A stretch of DNA of 50,827 bases, from the IMG/VR virus record IMGVR_UViG_3300038429_000331, positions 1 to 50,827 of that record. One strand, given 5' to 3'. A program made the translations under genes and the position numbers. Below, piece by piece: positions 50,489 to 50,827 of this stretch (its first letter is position 1; every line of letters begins with the position of its first letter). The notes beneath the pieces are model-generated. The model worked only from the letters and a program-made list of their open reading frames with translations. It was not told where the DNA came from and made no database searches. The DNA comes from a virus (taxonomy: Duplodnaviria; Caudoviricetes).

Positions 50489-50827
50489 TCACGGCTGCTG
50501 CGCCGTCACCTGCGGCGCCGTCTGGTACTGAGTGAAAAGCATGTTGATCGCGGTCAGCGCCCTCTCGTCGATCGGCGTCTTGAACGTGACGAGGATGTCC
50601 TGGTAGGCATTGAACGAGATCGTGTAGCCCGTCCCTGCGCCGTTCGTGTTCGCCCACTCCGCGAGCGCATCGATCGCGGCCAGCGTGAGTCCTGTCCATT
50701 TCAACTGTGCTGCGATAGGGAGAATGGACTTATACCAACTGGCGGGCATGACATTCGTCGGGAGCGGCGCCGCGTTGTCGAATTCTCCCGCGGCAGGGTT
50801 GAAGACGTAGGGTGCATTGCTCGGCGT
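50489..50827 (-). CDS. 3' part of the origin-spanning baseplate wedge protein (joins 708-1)
   Basis: Same frame across the terminal repeat; ends ...YQTAPQVTAQQP*. Confidence 0.75.
   Translation of the reverse strand, partial: TPSNAPYVFNPAAGEFDNAAPLPTNVMPASWYKSILPIAAQLKWTGLTLAAIDALAEWANTNGAGTGYTISFNAYQDILVTFKTPIDERALTAINMLFTQYQTAPQVTAQQP
50648..50827. repeat. Terminal direct repeat (circular assembly overlap), copy 2
   Basis: Matches 1-180 with one mismatch. Confidence 0.95.

Noticed and set aside
1-50827. Genome-wide stop-codon reassignment
   Set aside because: Genes are full length under code 11, and TGA, TAA and TAG all end genes at coupled junctions.

Overview
This looks like a complete, circularly assembled, GC-rich temperate-type myovirus genome. 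A 180-bp overlap (1-180 = 50648-50827, one mismatch) gives 50,647 unique bp. Almost every gene is on the minus strand, with tight ATGA/GTGA-type coupling. In transcription order from ~44.5 kb leftwards, the early operon carries RHH regulators, Xis, a beta-propeller lipoprotein, HNH, a fused SbcD-SbcC, a HerA-like ATPase, two ParB-like proteins, SLT, a FlgM-like microprotein, a replication initiator, a minimal PolX and VRR-NUC. Packaging and head genes follow (TerS, TerL, DUF1073-type portal, MuF, DUF2213-type protease/scaffold, DUF2184-type capsid), with two glycosyltransferases and two methyltransferases embedded among them. Then come neck, sheath, tube, a frameshifting chaperone, a GIY-YIG endonuclease, tape measure and baseplate. 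Across the origin are the tail fibre and lysis genes. The only plus-strand unit is the lysogeny module. It has a strong promoter, a 33-aa HTH-repressor-like fragment, an attP made of the 3' half of tRNA-Asn(GTT), and a tyrosine integrase split by a ~100-nt AT-rich structured insertion whose removal restores the reading frame. A spirochaete host is inferred but not proven. All family names come from motif recognition and synteny; no database searches were run.
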